Notes under the pieces: generated by a model
The model's input: only the letters and a program-made list of their open reading frames with translations
Databases searched by the model: none
What the model was told of the DNA's origin: nothing
Shown: positions 18,425 to 27,437 of the stretch, in pieces
Numbering within the stretch: position 1 is the stretch's first letter
How the letters are laid out: every line of letters starts with the position of its first letter
NCBI GenBank assembly: GCA_050250895.1
Contig: JBFWNU010000005.1
Coordinates: 448,001 to 512,000 of the forward strand
DNA: 64,000 nucleotides
Direction: 5' to 3'
DNA from: Vulcanimicrobiota bacterium
Lineage (GTDB): Bacteria; Vulcanimicrobiota; Xenobia; Xenobiales; JADMJV01
Position numbers and translations under genes: made by a program

Positions 18425-19027
18425 GTGAGCAACTGTTCGGGCCCCTGGAGGCTAAGCCAGCTGGTAGCACTCAGTCGCAAGCTGGTAGCTACCAGTGGCA
18501 CCTCAGGCGAGTCCAAACGGGTTCGCTGGAATCCCACCGAGCGGCTGGTCCGCTACTACACCACCCTGGGGTTGGTCGACGGGCCGGCCGAAATGCGCGG
18601 CCGGACCGCCTACTACAACCAGCGCCACATTCTCCAGCTGATGGCCATCAAGCGCCTGCAGGCCGAGGGCGAGACCCTCGAGGCCGTGCAGGCTCAGTTG
18701 GCGGGTCTGACTGACGGGCAGCTGCAAGAGTTAGCCCAACTTCCCGAGAATTGGACCGAGCAACTCGAGCAGGCGTCGCCTCAGTCCGGGGTGGTGCCGC
18801 GCTCTCGACAACCTTTTTGGAAGCAGACTGCGCCCGAACAGGCCTGGTTAGTCAAGAAACCGAAGGCAACCAGCGAGTTTGGGCACCAGGGTATCGAATT
18901 GGCTCCGGGAATGATTCTGACGGTGAATACAGCAACCTATCCGAACCTTGACGCGGCCACCCTGCGCGCGGCTGCCAGCGAGTTGATTCGGCTGGCCAAC
19001 GGCGAACTCGAGGGTGACCAGGAGTGA
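18425..19027 (+). CDS. MerR-family HTH transcriptional regulator (probably leaderless)
   Basis: PTERLVRYYTTLGLVDGP...TAYYNQRHILQLMAIKRLQAEG is a MerR wHTH. The ORF-track TTG start is the -35 box; GTG 18425 lies 7 nt after TATAAT. Confidence 0.85.
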   Translation: MSNCSGPWRLSQLVALSRKLVATSGTSGESKRVRWNPTERLVRYYTTLGLVDGPAEMRGRTAYYNQRHILQLMAIKRLQAEGETLEAVQAQLAGLTDGQLQELAQLPENWTEQLEQASPQSGVVPRSRQPFWKQTAPEQAWLVKKPKATSEFGHQGIELAPGMILTVNTATYPNLDAATLRAAASELIRLANGELEGDQE

Positions 19028-21972
19028 AGCCGATCGCAGTGACCGAGGGTGCGCCGGCGCCTCTGTGGTCGTATGAGTCGGGCTATGGCACGCTGACCAC
19101 GGCGGTCGGTAACCTTCCACTCAGGCGACTGAGCGTCGACGGGCGGATCTTCGGACTTTTTTATTCGGTCGAGGTGACCGGTCACTTCCGCAACAGCCTC
19201 GACGAGGCCATCGAGGCTTTTTATGTCTTCCCGCTGCCCGATCGTTGCGTGGTCATTGATTTTGCTCTGACCATCGACGGCGAGTTCTTCCCCGGTGTGC
19301 TCAAAGAGCGCGAAGAGGCTCGACGAGTCTATGGTGAGGCAGTGGCCTCGGGGCGTCCCGCCGCCATGCTCGAACAGGAACGCCAGGAGATTTTCACCGC
19401 CTCGGTGGGGGCGCTACCTCCCGGGAGCGCCGTCGAAATCAAACTCGAGCTGTGTGGATGCCTCGAATTCTATCGGCAGGAGGCGGTCTTTCGTTTTCCT
19501 CTCGTGGTGGCTCCGCGCTATCTGCCTGGGGTGACCCTGGATGGGCAGCCGGTGGGGCAGGGAACGGCTTACGATACCAGCGATGTGGGCGACGCCAGCC
19601 GCTTGAGCCCTCCGATCCTTCTGCCCGGGTGCGCCAGCCCCGTTCACTTTGATTTTCAGATGCTCATCGACGCGGCCGGCCTGGGCTTTGCCAACCTGAC
19701 CAGCAGTCTGCCCGACCTGGTGAGCAGTCCCGAGTCGGGTCGACTGCGAGTGCAGTTGACGCCCGGGGTCGCGCGGCTGGACCGCGATCTGATTCTTTCC
19801 ATCGCCCTCACCGAACGGCTGGGGTCGAGCCTGGTCCACTGCGGCGACGCTTTTCTGTTGACGGTGGTGGGGCCACCCCTGGGGCCACTGCCGAGCCTGC
19901 CCGTCGATCTGGTCTTCGTGCTCGATCTCGCCAACGCCGGTGATTGGGTCGACGAGGTCCTGGAGAGGTTGGTGGCGGCTCTCGCCGGAGGTTTGCGTCC
20001 CCACGATCGCGTCGGCCTGGTGGTGGTGGGCTCGGGCGAGGTGGTCGCTCTCGGCCATCCGGCCCAGGTGGCCGGCCAGCTCACCAACCTGGGGGAACCC
20101 CGGTCGGGACCACTCGGTCCGGCCCTGGGTCAGGCCTTCGGCTTGCTCGAGGAGCGGACGCATCGTTCTTGCGCGTTGCTGTTGCTCACCACCGGACACG
20201 CCGCTAACGAGACCCAGTTGCTCGACTTCGTGGCCGCCGAAGGCGAGGGGATAGCCATGCACGGCCTGGCCCTGGGCAGCGCCCCCAATCAGGGTCTACT
20301 GAGGCTGATGTGCTGTCGCCAGCGGGGTAGCTTGACGGCGGTGGCTGATCTCGAAATGTTCGAGGCGCGCTTTCCCTCACTGGCCGCACTGTTGCGTCCC
20401 AACCTCACCGGACTCGAGGTCGAGGGTCATCCGACCGAGGCCCCCAACGGCCGAGCGGTGCACGGCGACCGACCGAGCATCTTGCTCGGGCGCTGCCCGG
20501 GTGGGGCTCCCGCGACCATGGGCATTGCAGCCCATCTGCCGGACGGCTCGCAGGCGTCGCAAGCGGTGCGCACCACGGCCATAAGCGAGCCGGTGCTGGA
20601 CAAGCTCTGGGCCTGGGCTCGACTGGGCCGCCTCGAGCAAGAATCCGACAGTCGGGACCAGCTGGTGGAACTCTCCCTGGCTCATGGTGTTCTGTGCCGT
20701 TACACCGCCTGGGTGGCCGATAGCGGCCGCTGGACATCCCAGCTTGGACCGGTTTCGATCCGGGTGATGCAACCGGTCGAGGCGCCCCCCGATTTCGGGG
20801 CCGGAGGCCTGTTCGACGCGGGTGATCTGTTCGCCGAATCGGGCGAAGATCTGTTTGGTTCAAACGAGGGCCCCTCGGGATTGTTCGAGGCGGTGGCTGG
20901 CCCGACCGGACGAAGCCTTTTTGACCAGCCTCACGAGGAGTTGCCCGAAACCAGCCAGGATGATTCCCCGCCAGCGGACAGTCTATGGGCTGGAGGCGAC
21001 CTGTTCGGCGCCCCTGTGCCTGTGGAGGCCGCGCCATCGGCCCGGCCCCAGGAGGCCGTCGCCCCGGCGGTCGAGTTCGAGCCCACCCCCGAGGTGGCCT
21101 GGGCCAGCGCCGAGGAGCCGGTAGCAGAGCAGACTGAAGGCGAAGGCGTGGACTGGCTGGGAGAACGAGTGTCCCAGGACCTGGTCTCCAGCGCCGAGGT
21201 CCGTTCTTCTCGCTCCGAGGCCGCTCCGGCGGTGACCCGAGGCGGCTTGCTCAAGGGCGGGCTGGCCAAGAAGGCCGCGCCAAGGCCTTCCATACAGGGC
21301 GAGAAGCCTGCTCTGGGCGGGCCTTCCCGGGCTGTGCGCAAAGGGATGCTGGCGGGCGGGGCGGGCGGCGAGACGCCGGAGCGCCCGCGGCTCTTGTCCC
21401 GGCCATCCTTTGCGTCGGCCGAGGCCGGTTCGCCGCCCCCTGCCCCGCCACTCCCTGGGGCGCCCCCGCCTGCGGCCAGCCCCCAGCCCAGCCCGTCGAT
21501 GCCCCCGACCGGTCCAGTGGAACCGCCGGCCGAAGCGACCAGGACCGAGAGCCTGCGCAGCACCTGGCTGGGAGCGGAAGCGGCGGCCCCCGAGATGGTC
21601 CGAACCACCTCCCTGGGTGACGCCGAGCCGCCGGGCGAGGCGGTGGACGAGTACGAAACGGGCCTGATACGAAGGCGGCGCCACGAGACCCTTTCAGCTC
21701 CGGGAAGCGCGCCCACCACCAGCAGCCTGTGGGAACGACTGCACGACCTCGGTCCCGAACGATTCCGTCAACTGGCCGATCTGGTCGGGCTCTATCACCT
21801 GGCAGCTGTGCTCCACGCCGTGCCTGCGGCCCTGGTCGACGAGTTGGCCGGGTGGCTGGGGGTCTTCCGGGGTCGCAATCTCAAACTGCAACTCAACTGG
21901 GCCTCGAGTCTCTCCGAGCAAGAGTTGAAGAAATGCGAGGCCGAGGTCGAGCAAGCCCTGGCCCAAATCTGA
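19024..21972 (+). CDS. VIT (vault/inter-alpha-trypsin) + degenerate vWA domain protein with long disordered tail
   Basis: IEAFYVFPLP, LKEREEARRVY, FRFPLVVAPRY and LDRDLIL are VIT-type; DLVFVLD...LLLTTG...GSAPN is a vWA scaffold; Pro/Ala/acidic C-terminal region. Confidence 0.85.
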   Translation: MKPIAVTEGAPAPLWSYESGYGTLTTAVGNLPLRRLSVDGRIFGLFYSVEVTGHFRNSLDEAIEAFYVFPLPDRCVVIDFALTIDGEFFPGVLKEREEARRVYGEAVASGRPAAMLEQERQEIFTASVGALPPGSAVEIKLELCGCLEFYRQEAVFRFPLVVAPRYLPGVTLDGQPVGQGTAYDTSDVGDASRLSPPILLPGCASPVHFDFQMLIDAAGLGFANLTSSLPDLVSSPESGRLRVQLTPGVARLDRDLILSIALTERLGSSLVHCGDAFLLTVVGPPLGPLPSLPVDLVFVLDLANAGDWVDEVLERLVAALAGGLRPHDRVGLVVVGSGEVVALGHPAQVAGQLTNLGEPRSGPLGPALGQAFGLLEERTHRSCALLLLTTGHAANETQLLDFVAAEGEGIAMHGLALGSAPNQGLLRLMCCRQRGSLTAVADLEMFEARFPSLAALLRPNLTGLEVEGHPTEAPNGRAVHGDRPSILLGRCPGGAPATMGIAAHLPDGSQASQAVRTTAISEPVLDKLWAWARLGRLEQESDSRDQLVELSLAHGVLCRYTAWVADSGRWTSQLGPVSIRVMQPVEAPPDFGAGGLFDAGDLFAESGEDLFGSNEGPSGLFEAVAGPTGRSLFDQPHEELPETSQDDSPPADSLWAGGDLFGAPVPVEAAPSARPQEAVAPAVEFEPTPEVAWASAEEPVAEQTEGEGVDWLGERVSQDLVSSAEVRSSRSEAAPAVTRGGLLKGGLAKKAAPRPSIQGEKPALGGPSRAVRKGMLAGGAGGETPERPRLLSRPSFASAEAGSPPPAPPLPGAPPPAASPQPSPSMPPTGPVEPPAEATRTESLRSTWLGAEAAAPEMVRTTSLGDAEPPGEAVDEYETGLIRRRRHETLSAPGSAPTTSSLWERLHDLGPERFRQLADLVGLYHLAAVLHAVPAALVDELAGWLGVFRGRNLKLQLNWASSLSEQELKKCEAEVEQALAQI

Positions 21973-22036
21973 ATTTCAGGTTTTTTTCAGGGCTTGGGAC
22001 TAGCCTGGCAGAGATACTATCCCCTGGAGGACCCAA

Positions 22037-22690
22037 ATGCTCGTCAATCCCGCTCTTGCTCGCCGCGCTAACAGCGCTCCGGCTCCGGCCGCTCCCCAGA
22101 CGGTCGACAAAGCCCCCGCTGAAGGCCCCCCCGCCGAGCCCCCCCGCGATGAGATCTCTCTGGGTCAAAAGGTGACTCGCACCGCTTTCGGTCTGGTAGG
22201 AGCGGCTGCCGGTGGCATCGTGGGAGCCGCCAAAGGCGGTTTGCTCGAAGCCGGCTCGGGCAAGACCAAATTTCCCTCCGCGGTGACCAAATTCTCGCGC
22301 ATCGCCGGTGCTGCCGCTGGCCTGGCCGGCGGAATCTTCGTCGGTTTGTCGACCCTCCCCATCAGTCTTCCCGTGGCCCTGGTGGCCGGCCCCATTATCG
22401 GTGCCTTCACCGGTGGTGCCCTGGCGGGTGGCACCGAAGCCGGCGTGGACGCTCTGCGAGGTGCCTTTTCCGGGGCGGGCGAGCTAGGTTCGGCCGGATT
22501 CAAAGGCGCGGCTGGTGCGGCTGACTGGCTGTTCACCAGGTTCGCGGCCAAACCCGAACCCCCGGCCGAGCAGCCCCCGGCCGAGCAGCCTCCCGCCCAG
22601 GAACCGCCTTCCCAGGCCCCGCCTGAAGGTCCGGCTCCCGGTCCGGCCGCCCAGCCCCTGGTTAAGGAGCCCGCGACCCCCCGTTCATGA
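22037..22690 (+). CDS. glycine-zipper membrane protein with Pro-rich termini
   Basis: GxxxG-rich hydrophobic segments, PPAEQ repeats, GGAGG RBS. Confidence 0.65.
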   Translation: MLVNPALARRANSAPAPAAPQTVDKAPAEGPPAEPPRDEISLGQKVTRTAFGLVGAAAGGIVGAAKGGLLEAGSGKTKFPSAVTKFSRIAGAAAGLAGGIFVGLSTLPISLPVALVAGPIIGAFTGGALAGGTEAGVDALRGAFSGAGELGSAGFKGAAGAADWLFTRFAAKPEPPAEQPPAEQPPAQEPPSQAPPEGPAPGPAAQPLVKEPATPRS

Positions 22691-23457
22691 GTGCTCTTCC
22701 CTTCCTCCTCTCGATCCCCCACGGAGGGACCGAGATCCCGGACGAGTTGACTTCGCATCTCGTGGCCACTCCCGCTCAGATGGCCGAAGACACCGATCAC
22801 TTCACCCGGGAAGTGTTCGCTTTGCGCGGAGGCAAAGTGGCTGTCGTGCTCGAGTCACACACTTCCCGTAGCTTCGTGGATGTCAACCGGGACCCGAGCC
22901 TATACCCGCCTCACGACAATGACGGAGCGGTCAAGGCTACCAGTTGCACCGGGCACGACTTGTTCGGCGATTGGCGCCCCTCCGAGCCGCTGGTAGAGCG
23001 GTTGCTGAAGCGCTACTGGAACCCGTATCATGACGCCCTATCCGAGGCCGTGCGAGCGCCCGGGCTCAAATTGGCTCTCGATTGCCACTCTATGGCCCCG
23101 GTGGGACCGTCGCTGGCTCCCGACGCCGGCCAGCCCCGACCCCTGATCTGCCTGGGAGACCGGCATGGCCAGTCCGCACCCGAAGGTTGGGTGGACCGTC
23201 TGGCCGAGTGCTTTTGTCAAGTGTTTGGGTTGCCAGCCGAGCAGGTGGTGGCCAACAAGCCCTACTCCGGTGGCTATATCACTCGCCGTTACGGTGACAA
23301 TCCGCTGCCGTTCATCCAGATCGAGTACAGCCGGGCTCTCTACATGCAGCCGCCCCACTACCTGGTTGACGAGCATCGTCTCGACGACGGCTGGGCGACC
23401 GAGATGCGCCGACGCTTTCACAACGTGCTCAGGCTGTTTCACGAACGAGTCGGCTGA
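22687..23457 (+). CDS. N-formylglutamate amidohydrolase family protein
   Basis: SIPHGG, EDTD, SRSFVDVNR, YWNPYH, DCHSM, NKPYSGGYIT and IQIE motifs. Confidence 0.9.
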   Translation: MSALPFLLSIPHGGTEIPDELTSHLVATPAQMAEDTDHFTREVFALRGGKVAVVLESHTSRSFVDVNRDPSLYPPHDNDGAVKATSCTGHDLFGDWRPSEPLVERLLKRYWNPYHDALSEAVRAPGLKLALDCHSMAPVGPSLAPDAGQPRPLICLGDRHGQSAPEGWVDRLAECFCQVFGLPAEQVVANKPYSGGYITRRYGDNPLPFIQIEYSRALYMQPPHYLVDEHRLDDGWATEMRRRFHNVLRLFHERVG

Positions 23458-23565
23458 TTCGCTCGCTTTTCTGCTTTCAACCATAGGCTCTCGCGGCCAC
23501 GCCCGGCGTTTGCTAGCGATGGCCTGACGCAGGACTCGCCCGGCTGACCGAAAAGACCGAACCCC

Positions 23566-25764
23566 ATGCGCAAGTTCCTCGCCCTGCTGTTGTTGTTGCC
23601 CGCTCTGGCTCTGGCTGCTCCCCCCGAGGTGACCCTCGAGAAGATCATGTCGGATCCGGCCTGGATTGGAGCCTGGCCCCAGGATTTCGCCTGGCATCCC
23701 GATGGACGGACGGTAGTCTATGCTCGCCACAAGCCCGGCGGAGGGGACGACCTGGTGCACCTTGACGCCAGCGGCAAGGTGCTTGCCAGTCCACCGCAGG
23801 AATCGCTCCCCATGAAGCCCGTTTATGCGGCCGATGGCCGGCGCTGGGTGGTGGTCTGGGATGGGGATCTCTATCTGGGCAGCAAAGAGGGATGGCGGCC
23901 GCTGACTCGCACTGTGGCGGTCGAGAGTTCGCCACAATTCCTGGACTCGGGCCAGCTCGCCTACCAGCGCGATGGTCAGGTCTTCGTGCGCGAACTCGAC
24001 GGCAATCTCGAGCGCCAGGTGGCTGACCTGCTGTTGGAGGACAAGCCCCAGTGGGACGAGAGTTACCTGGCGCAGCAGCAAAAGCGTCTCTTTGAGGTTT
24101 TGCGCCGTCGCCAACAGGAAGAGTCCGTGGCTCCGCACTTGATCACCCCCGTCTACCTGGGCGAGAAGAAGACCCTGGTCGATACCTGTCTTTCGGGCGA
24201 TGGCCGCACCCTGCTGGTGGTGCTTACCGATGAGCGCGACCCGGACTGGAAGGAAGACCAGATGCCCGTCTATGTCACCCGCTCGGGCTATGTCGAGGTG
24301 GAATCCGTGCGCGCCAAGGTCGGGGCCGGGAAGCCGGATAATCACACGATTTATCTCTGCCGACCCGAGACCGGCGAACTCGACGAGGTTACGCTCGCCA
24401 GTCTAGATCTGCAAGACCGTCCGGTGCGGATCGAGCAGTTGCGTTGGGTGGGCAAGAGTTGGGTGGCTCAGCTCTTTTCTCAAGACCACAAAGACCGCTG
24501 GACGGTGCGGGTCGACCAGGCAGGCAACCTGACGGTCCTCGACCACTATCGCGACCAGGCCTGGCACGGCTGGGATCTCAACGACCTGGGGCCGGTGCCC
24601 ACGCTCGGAAAAGTCTTCTACACCTCGGAGGCCAGCGGCTACAGCCAGCTCTATCTCGAGCCGGCGCGCCGCCTGACCCAGGGTTCCCAGGTAGTCGAGC
24701 ACGTCGTCGCCGACCCCAGGGGACGCTATCTCTATTTTACTTCCAACCCGGAGCAGCCCGGACTGTATGAGGTGTATCGGGCCAACTTGAGTAACGGCAG
24801 GGTCGAGGCTATGACCCGGCTGGGGGGATTCACCGAATTTCGCCTCTCGCCTGACGGCGACACCATGCTGCTGATGCATTCCAAGCGCGACCGGCCTCCC
24901 GAACTTTACCTCATGAAGGCCGAGCCGGGGGCTCAACCACGCCAGTTGACTCACATCGTCAGCTCCGAGTTTACCTCCATCGACTGGACCGTCCCCGAGC
25001 TCGTGGCCGTGCCCTCAAGCCACCAATCCCGGCCCATTTATTCGCGCTTCTATCCCGCCGCCGCGCCGGTCGACGGGTTGCGACCGGCAGTGGTCTTCAT
25101 CCATGGGGCCGGCTACCTGCAGAACGCGACCTATGGCTGGTCCTACTACTTTCACGAGTTCATGTTCCACACGCTGCTCAACCGGCTCGGCTACGTGGTG
25201 CTCGACATGGACTATCGCGCCTCGGCCGGCTACGGCCGCGATTGGCGCACGGCCATCTATCGTCAGATGGGCACCCCGGAACTGGAGGACCTCGAAGACG
25301 GGGTGGATTGGCTGGTCAAGAACCAGGGCGTCGACCGCCAGAGGGTGGGGGTCTACGGCGGGTCTTATGGAGGCTTTCTCACCCTGATGGCCATGTTTCG
25401 CAAGCCCCAACTGTTTGCGTGCGGGGCCGCCCTGCGACCGGTGACCGACTGGGCCCACTACAACGACGAATACACCTCGCGCATCCTCAACACCCCTGAG
25501 GGCGACCCCGACAGCTACGCCGTCAGCTCACCCATCGAGTTCGCTGAAGGCCTCGAGAACCCGCTGCTGATGTGCCACGGCATGCTCGACGACAACGTCT
25601 TTGTCTCGGATACGGTGAGATTGGCCCAAAAGCTGATCGAACTCAAGAAAGAGAACTGGGAGATGGCGCTCTTTCCCATGGAGGCCCACGGCTTCATCGA
25701 GCCGACCAGCTGGCTCGACGAATACCGCCGCATCTTCAAGTTATTTCAAACCAATCTGCAATAG
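23566..25764 (+). CDS. secreted S9-family dipeptidyl/acylaminoacyl peptidase
   Basis: Signal peptide, beta-propeller region, IHGAGY, GGSYGG, DDNV and EAHGF catalytic motifs. Confidence 0.9.
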   Translation: MRKFLALLLLLPALALAAPPEVTLEKIMSDPAWIGAWPQDFAWHPDGRTVVYARHKPGGGDDLVHLDASGKVLASPPQESLPMKPVYAADGRRWVVVWDGDLYLGSKEGWRPLTRTVAVESSPQFLDSGQLAYQRDGQVFVRELDGNLERQVADLLLEDKPQWDESYLAQQQKRLFEVLRRRQQEESVAPHLITPVYLGEKKTLVDTCLSGDGRTLLVVLTDERDPDWKEDQMPVYVTRSGYVEVESVRAKVGAGKPDNHTIYLCRPETGELDEVTLASLDLQDRPVRIEQLRWVGKSWVAQLFSQDHKDRWTVRVDQAGNLTVLDHYRDQAWHGWDLNDLGPVPTLGKVFYTSEASGYSQLYLEPARRLTQGSQVVEHVVADPRGRYLYFTSNPEQPGLYEVYRANLSNGRVEAMTRLGGFTEFRLSPDGDTMLLMHSKRDRPPELYLMKAEPGAQPRQLTHIVSSEFTSIDWTVPELVAVPSSHQSRPIYSRFYPAAAPVDGLRPAVVFIHGAGYLQNATYGWSYYFHEFMFHTLLNRLGYVVLDMDYRASAGYGRDWRTAIYRQMGTPELEDLEDGVDWLVKNQGVDRQRVGVYGGSYGGFLTLMAMFRKPQLFACGAALRPVTDWAHYNDEYTSRILNTPEGDPDSYAVSSPIEFAEGLENPLLMCHGMLDDNVFVSDTVRLAQKLIELKKENWEMALFPMEAHGFIEPTSWLDEYRRIFKLFQTNLQ

Positions 25765-25803
25765 CCGGACGGTGGCTCGCCCAGCCAGACTCGAGGGGAG
25801 AAT

Positions 25804-25833
25804 AAAAAAGCCGCCCCATCCGGGGCGGCTTTT
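25804..25833. terminator. bidirectional intrinsic terminator
   Basis: AAAAAA-GCCGCCCC-ATCC-GGGGCGGC-TTTT between convergent genes. Confidence 0.9.
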
Positions 25834-25846
25834 CTTAGGTCCGGGC

Positions 25847-26206
25847 TCATCCGGCCAGACTGGCTTTAGCCTGATCGGCCAGCTTGGTGAAGCCTTCCGC
25901 GTCGTGAATGGCGAGTTCCGCCAAAATCTTGCGGTCGACTTCGATGCCGGCCTTTTTGAGACCGTTGATAAGCCGGCTATAGGAGAGACCATTGCTGCGG
26001 GCAGCCGCGTTGATACGCGCGATCCACAGACGCCGAAAATCTCTTTTCTTGTTGCGGCGGTCACGGTAGGCATAGGTCTGGGCGCTGAGAAACGCCTCCG
26101 ACGCTGCCTTGACCTTACGGCTGCGGGCGCTCCGGTAGCCTTTGACCGCCTTCATCAATTTTCTTCGCTTCTTCAGAGCGATGGTGCCGCGCTTTACTCT
26201 GGGCAT
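25847..26206 (-). CDS. rplT: 50S ribosomal protein L20
   Basis: MPRVKRG...[26 protein letters not shown]. Confidence 0.99.
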   Translation of the reverse strand: MPRVKRGTIALKKRRKLMKAVKGYRSARSRKVKAASEAFLSAQTYAYRDRRNKKRDFRRLWIARINAAARSNGLSYSRLINGLKKAGIEVDRKILAELAIHDAEGFTKLADQAKASLAG

Positions 26207-26247
26207 GGCGTAACCTTCCTCTCGTGAGGCTCTAGCCTCAGGTCAAA

Positions 26248-26454
26248 CTAGAATTTGTAAGGGATGAGAAGTCGCAACCGCTTCTCGTCCGACGGCGAAA
26301 TTACGACTGGCTTACGGAACTTGCGAGTGCGCTTGGGCGATTTCTTCTCGCGGATGTGGTGACAACCGGAAAATTCACGCATGCGCTTGATGCGTCCGCT
26401 ACCAGTGATTTTGACCCGTTTGGCCAGAGCGCGTCTTGTTTTGATTTTCGGCAT
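26248..26454 (-). CDS. rpmI: 50S ribosomal protein L35
   Basis: MPKIKTRRALAKRVKITGSG; lies between infC and rplT. Confidence 0.97.
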   Translation of the reverse strand: MPKIKTRRALAKRVKITGSGRIKRMREFSGCHHIREKKSPKRTRKFRKPVVISPSDEKRLRLLIPYKF

Positions 26455-26483
26455 GGCGTCTGTCCTTTCTCGTATTTGAAGCC

Positions 26484-27119
26484 TTAAGTGGCCGGCGGTG
26501 TGGGAGTGGGTGGCGGCGGCGCCGGTGCCGGTGCCGCCGGACCAGGTTGGCCGGGTGGCCCGGCCTGGGCGACCTGGCTAGCCTTTGGAGCCAGCACCAT
26601 GGTCATATTTCGGCCCTCGAGTTTGGGCTTATTCTCGATAATCGCCAACTCGGCCGAGTCTTCAAACACTCTTTCGAGAAGTTTTAGCGCGATATCGGAG
26701 TGCACCACCTCGCGACCACGAAATCTCATGGTCACTTTGACCTTGTCGCCCTCTTTGAGCAGACGCTTCACCATGTTGGCCTTGACCTGATAGTCGTGCT
26801 CGTCGATCTTGGGCCGCATTTTGACCTCGCGAAGTTCGAAGGTCTTCTTCTTGGCCCGCGACTCGCGAGTCTTTTTCGAGGTCTCGTACTTCCACTTGCC
26901 GAAGTCCATCATCTTGCAGACGGGCGGACGTGCCTGTGGAGAGACCTCTACCAGGTCGAGCTCACGCTCCTGGGCGATGCGCACCGCATCACGCGGATCC
27001 ATAACCCCCAGCTGGTTCCCCTGATCATCGATGACTCGAACCTCACGGGCTCGAATCTGCCTGTTTACCCTTAAGTCTGGCGTACGCTGCAGACTGGGCT
27101 TTTTACGACCTCTGCGAAT
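26484..27119 (-). CDS. infC: translation initiation factor IF-3 (probable ATT start)
   Basis: VNRQIRAREVRVID, PPVCKMMDFGK and KVKVTMRFRGRE. In-frame ATT at 27119 lies 7 nt after GAGGGG, as is typical of infC. Confidence 0.97.
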   Translation of the reverse strand: MRRGRKKPSLQRTPDLRVNRQIRAREVRVIDDQGNQLGVMDPRDAVRIAQERELDLVEVSPQARPPVCKMMDFGKWKYETSKKTRESRAKKKTFELREVKMRPKIDEHDYQVKANMVKRLLKEGDKVKVTMRFRGREVVHSDIALKLLERVFEDSAELAIIENKPKLEGRNMTMVLAPKASQVAQAGPPGQPGPAAPAPAPPPPTPTPPAT

Positions 27120-27149
27120 CGGCTCACCCCTCATTTCTTGGCCCCAAGT

Positions 27150-27300
27150 AAAAAAGAGCGCATGCTCGCGCTCCTCACCATAAGACAGACAGCACTAGGC
27201 CGTCTAACCATGTCGGTTGCCTACACTTGGCAACTTCGAGAAACCGGTGCTGGCAACGACTTGGCGCCGCACGGTGAGAAGCGAACTTCTACTTGGGTTA
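27150..27300 (-). ncRNA. L20 leader (ribosomal protein autoregulatory attenuator)
   Basis: Minus strand reads AAGTAGAAGTTCGCTTCTCACC...GGTGAGGAGCGCGAGCATGCGCTCTTTTTT. The 5' motif resembles the Bacillus-type L20 leader, with mutually exclusive antiterminator/terminator pairings upstream of infC. Confidence 0.8.
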
Positions 27301-27315
27301 GCCTATTGTCCGGCC

Positions 27316-27344
27316 AGTATAGCAAAGGGCCTATATCTCGTCAA
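27316..27344 (-). promoter_or_regulatory. sigma70 promoter of the infC operon
   Basis: TTGACG-17 bp-TGC-TATACT on the minus strand (TGC is part of the spacer, extended -10). Confidence 0.85.
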
Positions 27345-27437
27345 TACGCGCTCGCTGGCGCTCACGAGAGGGGAGCGCTCGCGCGAGAACGGCCGGCCAA
27401 TCGGGTCCGGCGCCACCCAGCGCGGAGGTGGGCTCGC

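Noticed and set aside
22560-22600. 15-bp tandem repeat CCCCCGGCCGAGCAG
   Set aside because: It encodes PPAEQ units in a Pro-rich tail; two to three copies with no spacers, so it is not a CRISPR array.
22687-23457. Histidine utilisation (hut) operon
   Set aside because: Only the formylglutamate amidohydrolase-family gene is present; hutH, hutU and hutI are absent from the window.
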